Source: Clostridia bacterium
GTDB lineage: Bacteria; Bacillota; Clostridia; Oscillospirales; CAG-272
DNA length: 64,000 nucleotides
Assembly: GCA_017451485.1 (NCBI GenBank)
Contig: JAFTOG010000023.1
Location: 55,313-119,312 of the forward strand
Reading direction: 5' to 3'
Shown one piece after another: positions 25,004-32,877 of this stretch (its first letter is position 1; each line of letters begins with the position of its first letter). A program made the position numbers and the translations under genes. The notes beneath the pieces are model-generated. The model was not told the DNA's origin and did no database searches. It saw only the letters and a program-made list of their open reading frames with translations.

Positions 25004-26938
25004 TTAGTCAATATTCATTAAAATAGGCAGTATTACAGGCTTACGCTTTGTTTCGGCATAAATAAACTTTGCAATTGCTGATTTCATTATTCCTTTGAGC
25101 TCATTCCACTCACGGATTCCTTTATTAAGTGCTTCTATCAGGGCAGTGGTAGCTACAGATTTTGCACCTCCAACCAGCTCCTCGCTTTCTCTGACATATA
25201 CAAATCCACGTGAGATTATCTCGGGACCGGACATAAGCATACCCATATCCATAGAAATAGTAGCTACGGCAATGATCAGACCGTTTTCTGCAAGATTTTT
25301 TCTGTCACGGAGAACAATGTTTCCAACATCTCCTATTCCGGAGCCGTCTATTAATATTTTGCCTGCGGGAACAACTCCGTTAAATCTTGCTCCGTTTTCA
25401 TCAATTTCGATAATTCTTCCAATATCGGAAACGAATATGTTTTCGGGTATCATACCCATCTCCTCGGCAAGCTCCTTGTGTCTTATGAGATGACGGAATT
25501 CGCCGTGCACAGGCATAAAATATTTCGGTTTAGTAAGGGCATGCATCAGCTTAAGCTCCTCCTGGCAAGCATGACCAGAAACATGGACCTCCACGGAGGA
25601 GTCGTGATATACATTTACACCACGGCGATACATTTCATTTACTATTTTGCCAACAAGAGGCTCATTACCCGGAATAGCACTGGAGCTGAGTACTACAAGA
25701 TCCTTATCCGTAAGTACAACTCTGTCGTGCTCAGAAAATGCCATACGGTACAGGGCAGACATGGGCTCTCCTTGACTTCCCGTTGTTATAATAGTAAGCT
25801 TTTCCGGTGGGTATTTTTTAATTTCGTCAATATCTATTATTACACCGGCAGGCACATTCATATATCCAAGACGGACAGCGGCATTTATAACATTAAGCAT
25901 ACTGCGACCTGTTAATGCAACCTTTCTTCCATGCCGTACACTTGAGTTTATAATTTGCTGAACTCTATGTACATTGGAAGAGAAGGTGGCAATAATAATT
26001 CGCTTGTCGGTAGCTGATGAATAGATTTTTTCAAGAGATACACCAACCTTGCTTTCTGAAGGGGTATAACCTGGACGATCCACATTTGTAGATTCGCATA
26101 AAAGCATTGTTATACCTTCCTTACCAAGCTGACCTATTCTTGTTATATCCATCATTTCACTTTCAATAGGGTTAGTATCGAGCTTGAAGTCGCCCGTATG
26201 GAATATAAGGCCCTGCGGAGTTGAGATAGCAAGAGCACATGCATCTGCAATTGAGTGGTTTACACGGACAAATTCGATTGCAAAATGACCAAGGGTAATT
26301 GTATCACCGGATGATACAGTGTTTAGTTTTGCATTTTGGAGCAATTTGTGCTCCATAAGCTTGTTTTCGAGAATGCCAAGAGAAAGTCTTGTACCGTAAA
26401 CAGGTACATTCATGCTCTTCAATAAATAGGGAAGAGAGCCGATGTGATCCTCGTGACCGTGAGTGATAAGTACGCCTTTTACCTTATCCACATTGTTCTG
26501 AAGATAAGTGAAATCGGGAATTACAAGGTCAACACCCAGCATATCGTCATCCGGGAATCCTATTCCGCAGTCAATAACAATTATATCGTTTTCACACTCT
26601 ATACAGGTTATATTTTTGCCAATTTCATTAAGTCCGCCAAGGGAGAATATTTTTACCTTAGGCATTTTTTTTCTTTTGCTTGTTGGTTTTTTTACCTTTG
26701 GTGAGGTGCTCTTTTTCTTTGGCTTTTCAGCAACTGTAGAAATAGAAGGAGAGGAAAGAAATGCATCTGTAGCATCAAGCTTAAACGAATTGCTTTTCTT
26801 GGTCTTACTACTGACTTCACGAACAAGCTCCGGCTCCCTTTTCCTTTTAGGCTGCCTTTGTGCTTTTTTTACCTCCTGCTTAGATGATTTTAATGTCTTA
26901 GGTTTTTGTTGCTTTTTAATTATTTCTTGATTTTTCAC
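25004..26938 (-). CDS. rnj: Ribonuclease J (metallo-beta-lactamase / beta-CASP RNase) with a lysine-rich N-terminal extension
   Basis: The core starts KVKIFSLGGLNEIGKN and contains the HxHxDH motif ITHGHEDHIGSLPYL. The preferred start is GTG 26938, with AAAGGA 7 nt upstream. The internal ATG at 26665 has no SD. The listed ATG at 26995 lies inside leader hairpins. Confidence 0.9.
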   Translation of the reverse strand: MKNQEIIKKQQKPKTLKSSKQEVKKAQRQPKRKREPELVREVSSKTKKSNSFKLDATDAFLSSPSISTVAEKPKKKSTSPKVKKPTSKRKKMPKVKIFSLGGLNEIGKNITCIECENDIIVIDCGIGFPDDDMLGVDLVIPDFTYLQNNVDKVKGVLITHGHEDHIGSLPYLLKSMNVPVYGTRLSLGILENKLMEHKLLQNAKLNTVSSGDTITLGHFAIEFVRVNHSIADACALAISTPQGLIFHTGDFKLDTNPIESEMMDITRIGQLGKEGITMLLCESTNVDRPGYTPSESKVGVSLEKIYSSATDKRIIIATFSSNVHRVQQIINSSVRHGRKVALTGRSMLNVINAAVRLGYMNVPAGVIIDIDEIKKYPPEKLTIITTGSQGEPMSALYRMAFSEHDRVVLTDKDLVVLSSSAIPGNEPLVGKIVNEMYRRGVNVYHDSSVEVHVSGHACQEELKLMHALTKPKYFMPVHGEFRHLIRHKELAEEMGMIPENIFVSDIGRIIEIDENGARFNGVVPAGKILIDGSGIGDVGNIVLRDRKNLAENGLIIAVATISMDMGMLMSGPEIISRGFVYVRESEELVGGAKSVATTALIEALNKGIREWNELKGIMKSAIAKFIYAETKRKPVILPILMNID

Positions 26939-27078
26939 TATATTATCCTTTCTATGCGTAGCACGACAAAAGACCGTCTTATGACGGTAGTGCATAGAGC
27001 CCGTAAGTGTATAAACGGCCCCACCTACGGTGCTCTATACAGATATTGAGAAGAAATTGTATCAAACGAATATATGAT
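26939..27078 (-). promoter_or_regulatory. Structured 5' leader of rnj (nested hairpins, possible attenuator)
   Basis: On the - strand there are four elements. (1) GTATCA..TGATAC hairpin. (2) A long hairpin ATAGAGC-A-CCGTAGGTG...CACTTACGG-GCTCTAT. (3) ACCGTC-ATAA-GACGGT followed by CTTTTGT. (4) An outer CTATGC...GCATAG pairing. No known riboswitch class was recognised. Confidence 0.4.
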
Positions 27079-27084
27079 ACTGTT

Positions 27085-27113
27085 ATTTTACCATAATCAT
27101 CAGTTGAAGTCAA
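27085..27113 (-). promoter_or_regulatory. Sigma-A promoter (extended -10) for rnj
   Basis: On the - strand: TTGACT (27113-27108), a 17-nt spacer, then TGgTAAAAT (TAAAAT 27090-27085). Confidence 0.75.
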
Positions 27114-27123
27114 TATATATAAT

Positions 27124-27399
27124 TTATAAAAACAAAAGATAAATCACAAGAAAAGATAGAAATCCAATTGCACTGCCTAATAAGAAAAAAACAAGTCCGT
27201 TTAGACGACGCCTTTTGATTTTTACCTGACGGTTTGTACCGGTGTAGCTGTTTACAATAGATGTAGCTTCATTTATTATATCTCTTTCGCATATAGAAGG
27301 GTGAGAGATATCTCTTTTAAGTACAAAATATGCTTCCTCGAATAAATCGTTTTGTGTGTCTTTAATTTGTATAATCTTTTTTTGACATCCCCTTATCAT
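27124..27399 (-). CDS. Small tail-anchored membrane protein, unknown function
   Basis: 91 aa. A soluble N-terminal ~60 aa is followed by the basic patch KIKRRRL and a single C-terminal TM (GLVFFLLGSAIGFLSFLVIYLLFL). AAGAGGA lies 5 nt upstream of the ATG. It is co-directional with and 48 nt downstream of spmB. Confidence 0.5.
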   Translation of the reverse strand: MIRGCQKKIIQIKDTQNDLFEEAYFVLKRDISHPSICERDIINEATSIVNSYTGTNRQVKIKRRRLNGLVFFLLGSAIGFLSFLVIYLLFL

Positions 27400-27447
27400 A
27401 TAAATCCTCTTTCCCGTTTTTATGATTGTAGACTTAAATTATTGTAT

Positions 27448-27978
27448 TTATTCAAAAAATAAACGGCACAGGATACATGATAAAAATATGCAAAGCACCG
27501 ATGATAAAATAGCACAGGGAAGAGCATGCCGTGTTTTTTTGATGCCGGTTGATGAAAAATAAACGCTAATTACATAAAATGCTGTATCGGAGGAGGACAT
27601 TATTACAGCTCCGCAAATAGAAGCAAAGGAGTCTATACCGCTATTTTCTATAAGACTCTCATATGAAGCGATAGAAGCTCCTGATGACAATGGGCGAGTA
27701 ATTATAAGGGGTAATAGTTCTGTTGGGATTTTTAGAAAAGTAAACACGGGGTCGAGAATTTTTGACAAAATATTAATTGCACCACTGGAAGACAGCATGC
27801 TTACACCCACAACAAGAAGACAAAGACTTGGGAGAATATTAAAAGAAGAACAAATCCCTTCCTTAGCTCCGTTTATAAATACAGATGTATAATCTTTTTT
27901 TCTACTACCAAGTATTAAGGCGAAAATAAGTATTATAAACGGCAATGTAAAAGCTGAGATTTTATTAAGAATTGTCAT
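27448..27978 (-). CDS. spmB: Spore maturation protein B
   Basis: Nucleoside-recognition-type membrane protein of about 176 aa, immediately downstream of and overlapping spmA by 14 nt, which is the canonical spmA-spmB arrangement. Confidence 0.75.
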   Translation of the reverse strand: MTILNKISAFTLPFIILIFALILGSRKKDYTSVFINGAKEGICSSFNILPSLCLLVVGVSMLSSSGAINILSKILDPVFTFLKIPTELLPLIITRPLSSGASIASYESLIENSGIDSFASICGAVIMSSSDTAFYVISVYFSSTGIKKTRHALPCAILSSVLCIFLSCILCRLFFE

Positions 27979-28546
27979 TTCTTCTACCTAATAATTTTGA
28001 TAATAAAACAGCAAAAATCATACACACCCCCGAACAAATCCACACAGGTACAATTATTTCATATGTAATTTGTGCTCCATGTGCAGTTCGCAATGCAAGT
28101 ACAGTTGTCGGTACAAGATTAAAGCAGGCACAACCCATTACACATAGGGTAACCATATCGTTAGAGGCTTTGCTGTCTCTATTATTTTTATTAAGCTCCT
28201 CCATTGCTCTGATTCCAAGAGGTGTTGCTGCATTTGATATGCCGAGAAGATTGGCACTGACACAAGCTGTGATTTCCTCTTTTGCCACCCCCTTAGAAAA
28301 CGAATCGGGAAAAATTTTTCTGAGAATTGGCGAAAGAATTTTAGATAAAAGCTTTATACAGCCACTTTCCTTAAGCACATTCATTATTCCACTCCACAAT
28401 GCCATCATACCCATTAGAGAAAATGTGACAGAAACGCTCTTTGAGGCTCCATCAATTATTCCCTGGCATAGGGATTCCATATTATTGGTAATGCATGCAG
28501 TTACAAAAGATGTAAAAGCAATAACAGAAAAAATCATGCCAATCAT
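27965..28546 (-). CDS. spmA: Spore maturation protein A
   Basis: N-terminal pattern MIGMIFSVIAF...GIIDGASKSVSVTFSLMGMMALWSGIMNVLKESG parallels B. subtilis SpmA (..FKGAGEAITISLGLISVLVFWLGIMKIAE). Confidence 0.75.
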   Translation of the reverse strand: MIGMIFSVIAFTSFVTACITNNMESLCQGIIDGASKSVSVTFSLMGMMALWSGIMNVLKESGCIKLLSKILSPILRKIFPDSFSKGVAKEEITACVSANLLGISNAATPLGIRAMEELNKNNRDSKASNDMVTLCVMGCACFNLVPTTVLALRTAHGAQITYEIIVPVWICSGVCMIFAVLLSKLLGRRNDNS

Positions 28547-28602
28547 TTGTTTTCCTCACATATAACGTATTTGTAAGAAATGTAAAATAATGTCAAATTT
28601 GG

Positions 28603-28631
28603 TTGACACACACTTAAAAATGTGGTAAAAT
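28603..28631 (+). promoter_or_regulatory. Sigma-A promoter (extended -10) for abrB
   Basis: TTGACA (28603-28608), a 17-nt spacer, then TGgTAAAAT (TAAAAT 28626-28631). Confidence 0.8.
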
Positions 28632-28662
28632 GGAATAAAAACAATAACAAAAGGAGAAGTAT

Positions 28663-28905
28663 ATGAATTCTACAGGAATTACAAGAAAAGTGGATGATTT
28701 GGGTAGAATAGTTCTTCCCATGGAAATTCGCAACAAGTTTGACATCAACCCCAAGGACGCCCTTGAAATTTTTATTGATGGTGATAAAATTGTGCTTAAA
28801 AAATATGAACCATGCTGCATCTTCTGCGGGAATATGGCAGACAACATCCTTTTTTGCGAAAGAAGGGTATGTAAGGATTGCATAAGTAAACTGCACAATT
28901 CATAA
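28663..28905 (+). CDS. abrB: AbrB-family transition-state regulator with a Cys-rich C-terminus
   Basis: MNSTGITRKVDDLGRIVLPMEIRNKFDINPKDALEIFIDGDKIVLKKYEP is near-identical in pattern to the AbrB N-terminal swapped-hairpin domain. The C-terminus carries CIFC...CKDC. AAGGAGA RBS. Confidence 0.85.
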   Translation: MNSTGITRKVDDLGRIVLPMEIRNKFDINPKDALEIFIDGDKIVLKKYEPCCIFCGNMADNILFCERRVCKDCISKLHNS

Positions 28906-28952
28906 AAATTGTATTCGATAAACATTTATTTATTACAAACGGAGAGTAAATT

Positions 28953-31241
28953 ATGGAAAATATTTTGAAATACGGTATGAGTGCCAGAGTATTTGAGGAG
29001 GCAATGCCCCTTGGAAACGGTCAGCTTGGTGCTATGGTCTACGGGCGAACAGATAAGGAAAGAATTTCGTTGAATCACGATACACTCTGGTCCGGAAAGC
29101 CCGGGCAGACTATGGTTGATGGAGCATACGAAGCCAACGAGCTGGCAAAGAAGCTTGTTATGGAGGGAAAGAACGGAGATGCACAGTGGAATCTTGAAAG
29201 AGGTTTTTCCGGCACTTGGTTGAACTCCTATCTTTTCTTAGGTACTCTTTATATTGAAAGAATTGGCTCTAAGGGAAATCCTACCAACTACATACGCACA
29301 TTAAACCTTGAAAATTCCATTATCAATGTGAGATATACAGAGGATGGAGTTGATTTTGAAAGAGAATATTTTGTATCATTTCCAGACAACTGTATGATGG
29401 TAAGACTTCATTCGTCTGAGCCTGTTACATATGAGCTGACAGGAGATTGCATCGGTAAGAGTGCAGTTACAGCATCTCCCGATAAGTTGTATCTTGTAGG
29501 CGAGTGTCCATCTCAGATTGCTCCCGAATATGCAAGCAATGAAAAACCTATAATCTATGATGGTGATGGAGTTAAGGTAACCGGTATTGCAAAAATTCTG
29601 TGTGACGGAAAGAGTGAGTACGGCTGGGAAAAGGTTGTTATTAAGGATTCCACTGATGTTACACTGTACTTCTGTGCAGAAACAAGCTTTGTTGCTTTTG
29701 ATAAGCTGCCTGATAAGCCTACATTCAAGCCTTGTCTGGAAAGAATGGAAAAGCTTTCTGAAAAATCCTATGATAGCATTCGAGCTGACCATATCAGTGA
29801 TGTATCCGAACTCTACAATAGGGTTTCCGTTGACTTTGGTGGAGAAGTAAGCGATAGATTCACAAATGAACGCTTAGCAGATGAGGATAAGGAAATCGGA
29901 CTTTGTGAGCTTCTCTATAATTTTGGTAGGTATCTTATAATTGCTTCATCCCGTGAGGGCTCTAAGGCAACTAATCTTCAGGGTATCTGGAACGAGAAGT
30001 TCTATCCTGCGTGGTCATCCAATTATACAGTAAACATCAATACGGAAATGAATTATTGGCCGGTTCTTATGTCCAATCTTGTAAACTGTAATCTTCCTAT
30101 AGTGGACCTTGTTAAAAATATAAGCATTAACGGAGAGGAAACAGCTAAGCATTTTTATCATGCAAAGGGCTTTACGGCACATCACAATATAGACCTTTGG
30201 GCAAATACCACTCCCGTAGGCAACAGAAGAGCAGGCTGTGCAGGATATGCATATTGGAATGGCTCCTCAGGTTGGCTTTGCCGTCATCTTTTTGAGCATT
30301 ATGAGTATACTCTCGATAAGAAATTCCTGGCAGAAACTGCATACCCAATTATGAAAAAATGTGCAGAATTTTATCTGGATATTATGACAGAGTACAATGG
30401 CAAGTTAATTGTATGTCCATCCACATCTCCCGAGAATGCATTTAACAAGGATGGATATGGTACATCAATTGCTCTTTATACAGCTATGTCACAGGGAATA
30501 GTTGAGGACCTTTTCAGGAATATTACAGAAAGTGCTAAGGTACTTGGTATTGATGATGAATTTACAAGAGAGATAGAGGCAAAAACTCCTATGCTCAATA
30601 TATATGAAATAGGCTCCGACGGACAGCTGCTTGAATATGATGAGGAGTATGAGGAAAGAGATATTCACCACCGACATGTATCTCATCTTTACGGTATGTA
30701 TCCCGGTACGCTAATTACTACCGAAAGCACACCTGAGCTTGCAGAGGCTTGCCGTCGAACTCTTGAAAGAAGAGGAGACGAGAGCACAGGCTGGAGTATG
30801 GGCTGGAAGGTATGCTTGTGGTCCAAGCTTAAGGACGGAGACAGAGCACTTAAGCTTGTTAAGACACAGCTCAAGCTTGTAGATCCCACAAATGATGATA
30901 AGGTATGGGAAGGAGGAGGAACATATACTAATATGTTTGATGCTCATCCTCCGTTCCAGATAGACGGTAACTTTGGTGTAACCGCAGGCATTACACAGAT
31001 GTTTTTACAGTGTGAGGATGGAAAAATTAAGATTCTTCCCGCATTACCATCCGAGTTCAAAAACGGAAAAATTTGCGGATTATTGGCAAAAGGCAATATT
31101 AAGGTCGATATAGAGTGGAAGGACTCGAAACTTTCTTCCCTTAAGTTGTCAACACCTACCGACCAAACAGCTATAATTAATATAGACGGTAAGGACATTA
31201 AGGTTGAGCTTACCGCTAATAAGGAGCTTGTAGTTGCTTAA
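28953..31241 (+). CDS. Glycoside hydrolase family 95 (alpha-L-fucosidase-like)
   Basis: N-terminal PLGNGQLGAMVYG...SLNHDTLWSG is the GH95 signature. The size (~760 aa) and central (alpha/alpha)6-type region are typical. No signal peptide. Confidence 0.8.
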   Translation: MENILKYGMSARVFEEAMPLGNGQLGAMVYGRTDKERISLNHDTLWSGKPGQTMVDGAYEANELAKKLVMEGKNGDAQWNLERGFSGTWLNSYLFLGTLYIERIGSKGNPTNYIRTLNLENSIINVRYTEDGVDFEREYFVSFPDNCMMVRLHSSEPVTYELTGDCIGKSAVTASPDKLYLVGECPSQIAPEYASNEKPIIYDGDGVKVTGIAKILCDGKSEYGWEKVVIKDSTDVTLYFCAETSFVAFDKLPDKPTFKPCLERMEKLSEKSYDSIRADHISDVSELYNRVSVDFGGEVSDRFTNERLADEDKEIGLCELLYNFGRYLIIASSREGSKATNLQGIWNEKFYPAWSSNYTVNINTEMNYWPVLMSNLVNCNLPIVDLVKNISINGEETAKHFYHAKGFTAHHNIDLWANTTPVGNRRAGCAGYAYWNGSSGWLCRHLFEHYEYTLDKKFLAETAYPIMKKCAEFYLDIMTEYNGKLIVCPSTSPENAFNKDGYGTSIALYTAMSQGIVEDLFRNITESAKVLGIDDEFTREIEAKTPMLNIYEIGSDGQLLEYDEEYEERDIHHRHVSHLYGMYPGTLITTESTPELAEACRRTLERRGDESTGWSMGWKVCLWSKLKDGDRALKLVKTQLKLVDPTNDDKVWEGGGTYTNMFDAHPPFQIDGNFGVTAGITQMFLQCEDGKIKILPALPSEFKNGKICGLLAKGNIKVDIEWKDSKLSSLKLSTPTDQTAIINIDGKDIKVELTANKELVVA

Positions 31242-31254
31242 TCGGAGGTAGCAT

Positions 31255-32094
31255 ATGAATAATTTGGGATATTATAACGGTAAAATAGGACTCATTGAAG
31301 AAATGAGTATTCCTATGACAGACAGGGCTTTTTACTTCGGTGATGGAGTTTATGAGGCGGTGTTGTGCCGTAATAATATCCCATATCTTTTATCACTTCA
31401 CATTGACAGATTATATACTAACTGTCAGACTCTCAATATACATATTCCAATGGATAAAAAATCAATGGCAAAGCTTATATGCAGCCTTGTAAAAAAGGTG
31501 GACTCATATGAAAAATTTATCTATTTTCATGTTTCCAGAGGAAGTGCATTAAGGAGTCACATATATGAAAAGACAGACGGAAATTTGTGTATAATGATTA
31601 ATCCCTTTACTGTAGGCAATCTTAGTGAAAGAGTTAATACGGTGACATGTAACGATATAAGATATCAGATGTGCAATATAAAAACACTGAATCTTCTACC
31701 CAGTGTTTTAGCTGCCCAGTATGCAAAGGAAAATAATTGTGAAGAAGCAATATTTGTCCGGGATGGAATGATAACTGAGGGGTCTCATTGCAATGTTTCC
31801 ATATTAAAGGAAAATCTGTTGATAACACACCCTGCAGATTGTTATATCTTACCCGGAGTTGCACGGGCAAAGCTTATTAAATATGCTCTTGAAGAGGGTA
31901 TTACCGTTTGTGAGAGAAGATATAAAAAAGAAGAAATGATGGATGCAGATGAGGTGCTGATAACAAGCACAGGAAAAATAATCAGAGCTGTATGTGCTGT
32001 TGACGGAGTGGCAGTTGGTGGTAAAAACAATTCAATGTTTTCCAAACTTTGCGAAAGGATGTACAGTGACTATATAACTTCAACAGGTGGATAA
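31255..32094 (+). CDS. dat: Class IV aminotransferase, D-amino-acid transaminase-like
   Basis: DRAFYFGDGVYEAV and the PLP-lysine context NIKTLNLLPSVLA. About 279 aa. Confidence 0.7.
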   Translation: MNNLGYYNGKIGLIEEMSIPMTDRAFYFGDGVYEAVLCRNNIPYLLSLHIDRLYTNCQTLNIHIPMDKKSMAKLICSLVKKVDSYEKFIYFHVSRGSALRSHIYEKTDGNLCIMINPFTVGNLSERVNTVTCNDIRYQMCNIKTLNLLPSVLAAQYAKENNCEEAIFVRDGMITEGSHCNVSILKENLLITHPADCYILPGVARAKLIKYALEEGITVCERRYKKEEMMDADEVLITSTGKIIRAVCAVDGVAVGGKNNSMFSKLCERMYSDYITSTGG

Positions 32095-32183
32095 TGAAGT
32101 TATTAATCGACGGTTTCGGTTAAAATCACCAAATTTAAGCAAAAAAATTATTTTTTTTCTATGACTATACTATATAAATTATG

Positions 32184-32213
32184 TTGACAAAAGTTGAGCA
32201 TTTATGATACAAT
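32184..32213 (+). promoter_or_regulatory. Sigma-A promoter for the pur operon
   Basis: TTGACA (32184-32189), an 18-nt spacer, then TGaTACAAT (TACAAT 32208-32213). Confidence 0.7.
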
Positions 32214-32228
32214 ATTACAGGTAAAGGT

Positions 32229-32298
32229 TTTTGTGACTGACGGAAGCGGATAACCGCGTGGAAGCAAAAATCACTTGTATGTCGACCGTCTGGGCAGC
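32229..32298 (+). promoter_or_regulatory. ZTP riboswitch (pfl motif) aptamer
   Basis: TGACTGACGGAA (32234-32245), then a GCGG..CCGC hairpin, GGAAG, a linker, then CGACCGTCTGGGCA (32283-32296). This matches the conserved cores of ZTP riboswitches as recalled from the Fusobacterium example (..UGACUGACGGAA..GAAG..CGACCGUCUGGGC). Confidence 0.85.
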
Positions 32299-32328
32299 TC
32301 TACCTTTATGGGGTGGACTGTCCTTTTT
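32292..32328 (+). terminator. Riboswitch expression-platform terminator (overlaps the 3' pseudoknot strand of the ZTP aptamer)
   Basis: GGGCAG-c-TCTACC (32292-32304) pairs with GGTGGA-CTGTCC (32312-32323), followed by TTTTT (32324-32328). Confidence 0.75.
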
Positions 32329-32359
32329 ACTTTGTAAAATATTTGATAAGGAGATAGAT

Positions 32360-32854
32360 ATGAAAAAGGTTGCAATTATTATGGGTAGCGATAGTGATTT
32401 GCCCATAGTTGAAAAGGGAATTAATGTGCTTGAGGAATATGAGGTTCCTTTTGAGGTTCATGTTTACTCAGCACACAGAACACCGGTTGAAACTGCTGAG
32501 TTTGTAAAAAACGCAAAAGATAACGGCTTTGGTGTAATTATTGCCGCCGCAGGTATGGCGGCTCACTTGGCTGGTGCTATTGCCGCTAATACTGTTCTTC
32601 CTGTTATAGGTATTCCTGTGTCCTGCAAGAATACAGGCGGTATGGACGCATTACTTGCAACTGTGCAGATGCCCTCAGGTATTCCTGTTGCTACAGTAGC
32701 AATCGATGGAGCAGCAAATGCAGCGATACTTGCCGTACAAATGCTCGCACTCTCTGATGATGATCTCTATACAAAGCTTGTAGAGGTAAGAAAAAAAGGA
32801 ACAGAGAAGATTCTTGCAAAGAACAAGGAAATTGAAGAAAAATTTAATAGGTGA
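32360..32854 (+). CDS. purE: 5-(carboxyamino)imidazole ribonucleotide mutase PurE
   Basis: [51 protein letters not shown] before the ATG at 32360. The longer listed ORF start lies within the riboswitch. Confidence 0.9.
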   Translation: MKKVAIIMGSDSDLPIVEKGINVLEEYEVPFEVHVYSAHRTPVETAEFVKNAKDNGFGVIIAAAGMAAHLAGAIAANTVLPVIGIPVSCKNTGGMDALLATVQMPSGIPVATVAIDGAANAAILAVQMLALSDDDLYTKLVEVRKKGTEKILAKNKEIEEKFNR

Positions 32855-32877
32855 GTTTAACTTATAGGAGATAAAAT

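Noticed and set aside
26939-26995. Extension of the RNase J ORF to the ATG at 26995 (MHYRHKTVFCRATHRKDNI)
   Set aside because: The region forms the leader hairpins and has no SD. The GTG at 26938 has a well-spaced AAAGGA.
27972-28565. 197-aa plus-strand ORF antisense to spmA
   Set aside because: Shadow ORF. spmA on the opposite strand has clear homology and an operon context with spmB.
28543-28925. Two minus-strand ORFs (117 and 103 aa) overlapping abrB and its promoter
   Set aside because: They are antisense to the strongly supported abrB gene and its consensus promoter, and their sequences are low-complexity.
32229-32298. Purine (guanine/adenine) riboswitch, as expected upstream of a Firmicute pur operon
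   Set aside because: The leader lacks the purine-riboswitch cores I recall (..UAUAAUCGCGUGGAUAUGGCACGCAAGUUUCUACCGGGCACCGUAAAUGUCCGACUAUG..). It matches the ZTP/pfl cores instead.
32258-32359. N-terminal extension of the purE ORF (MEAKITCMSTVWAALPLWGG...)
   Set aside because: This stretch is the ZTP riboswitch and its terminator. The true purE start is the ATG at 32360, with an AAGGAGA RBS and the canonical [11 protein letters not shown]-terminus.
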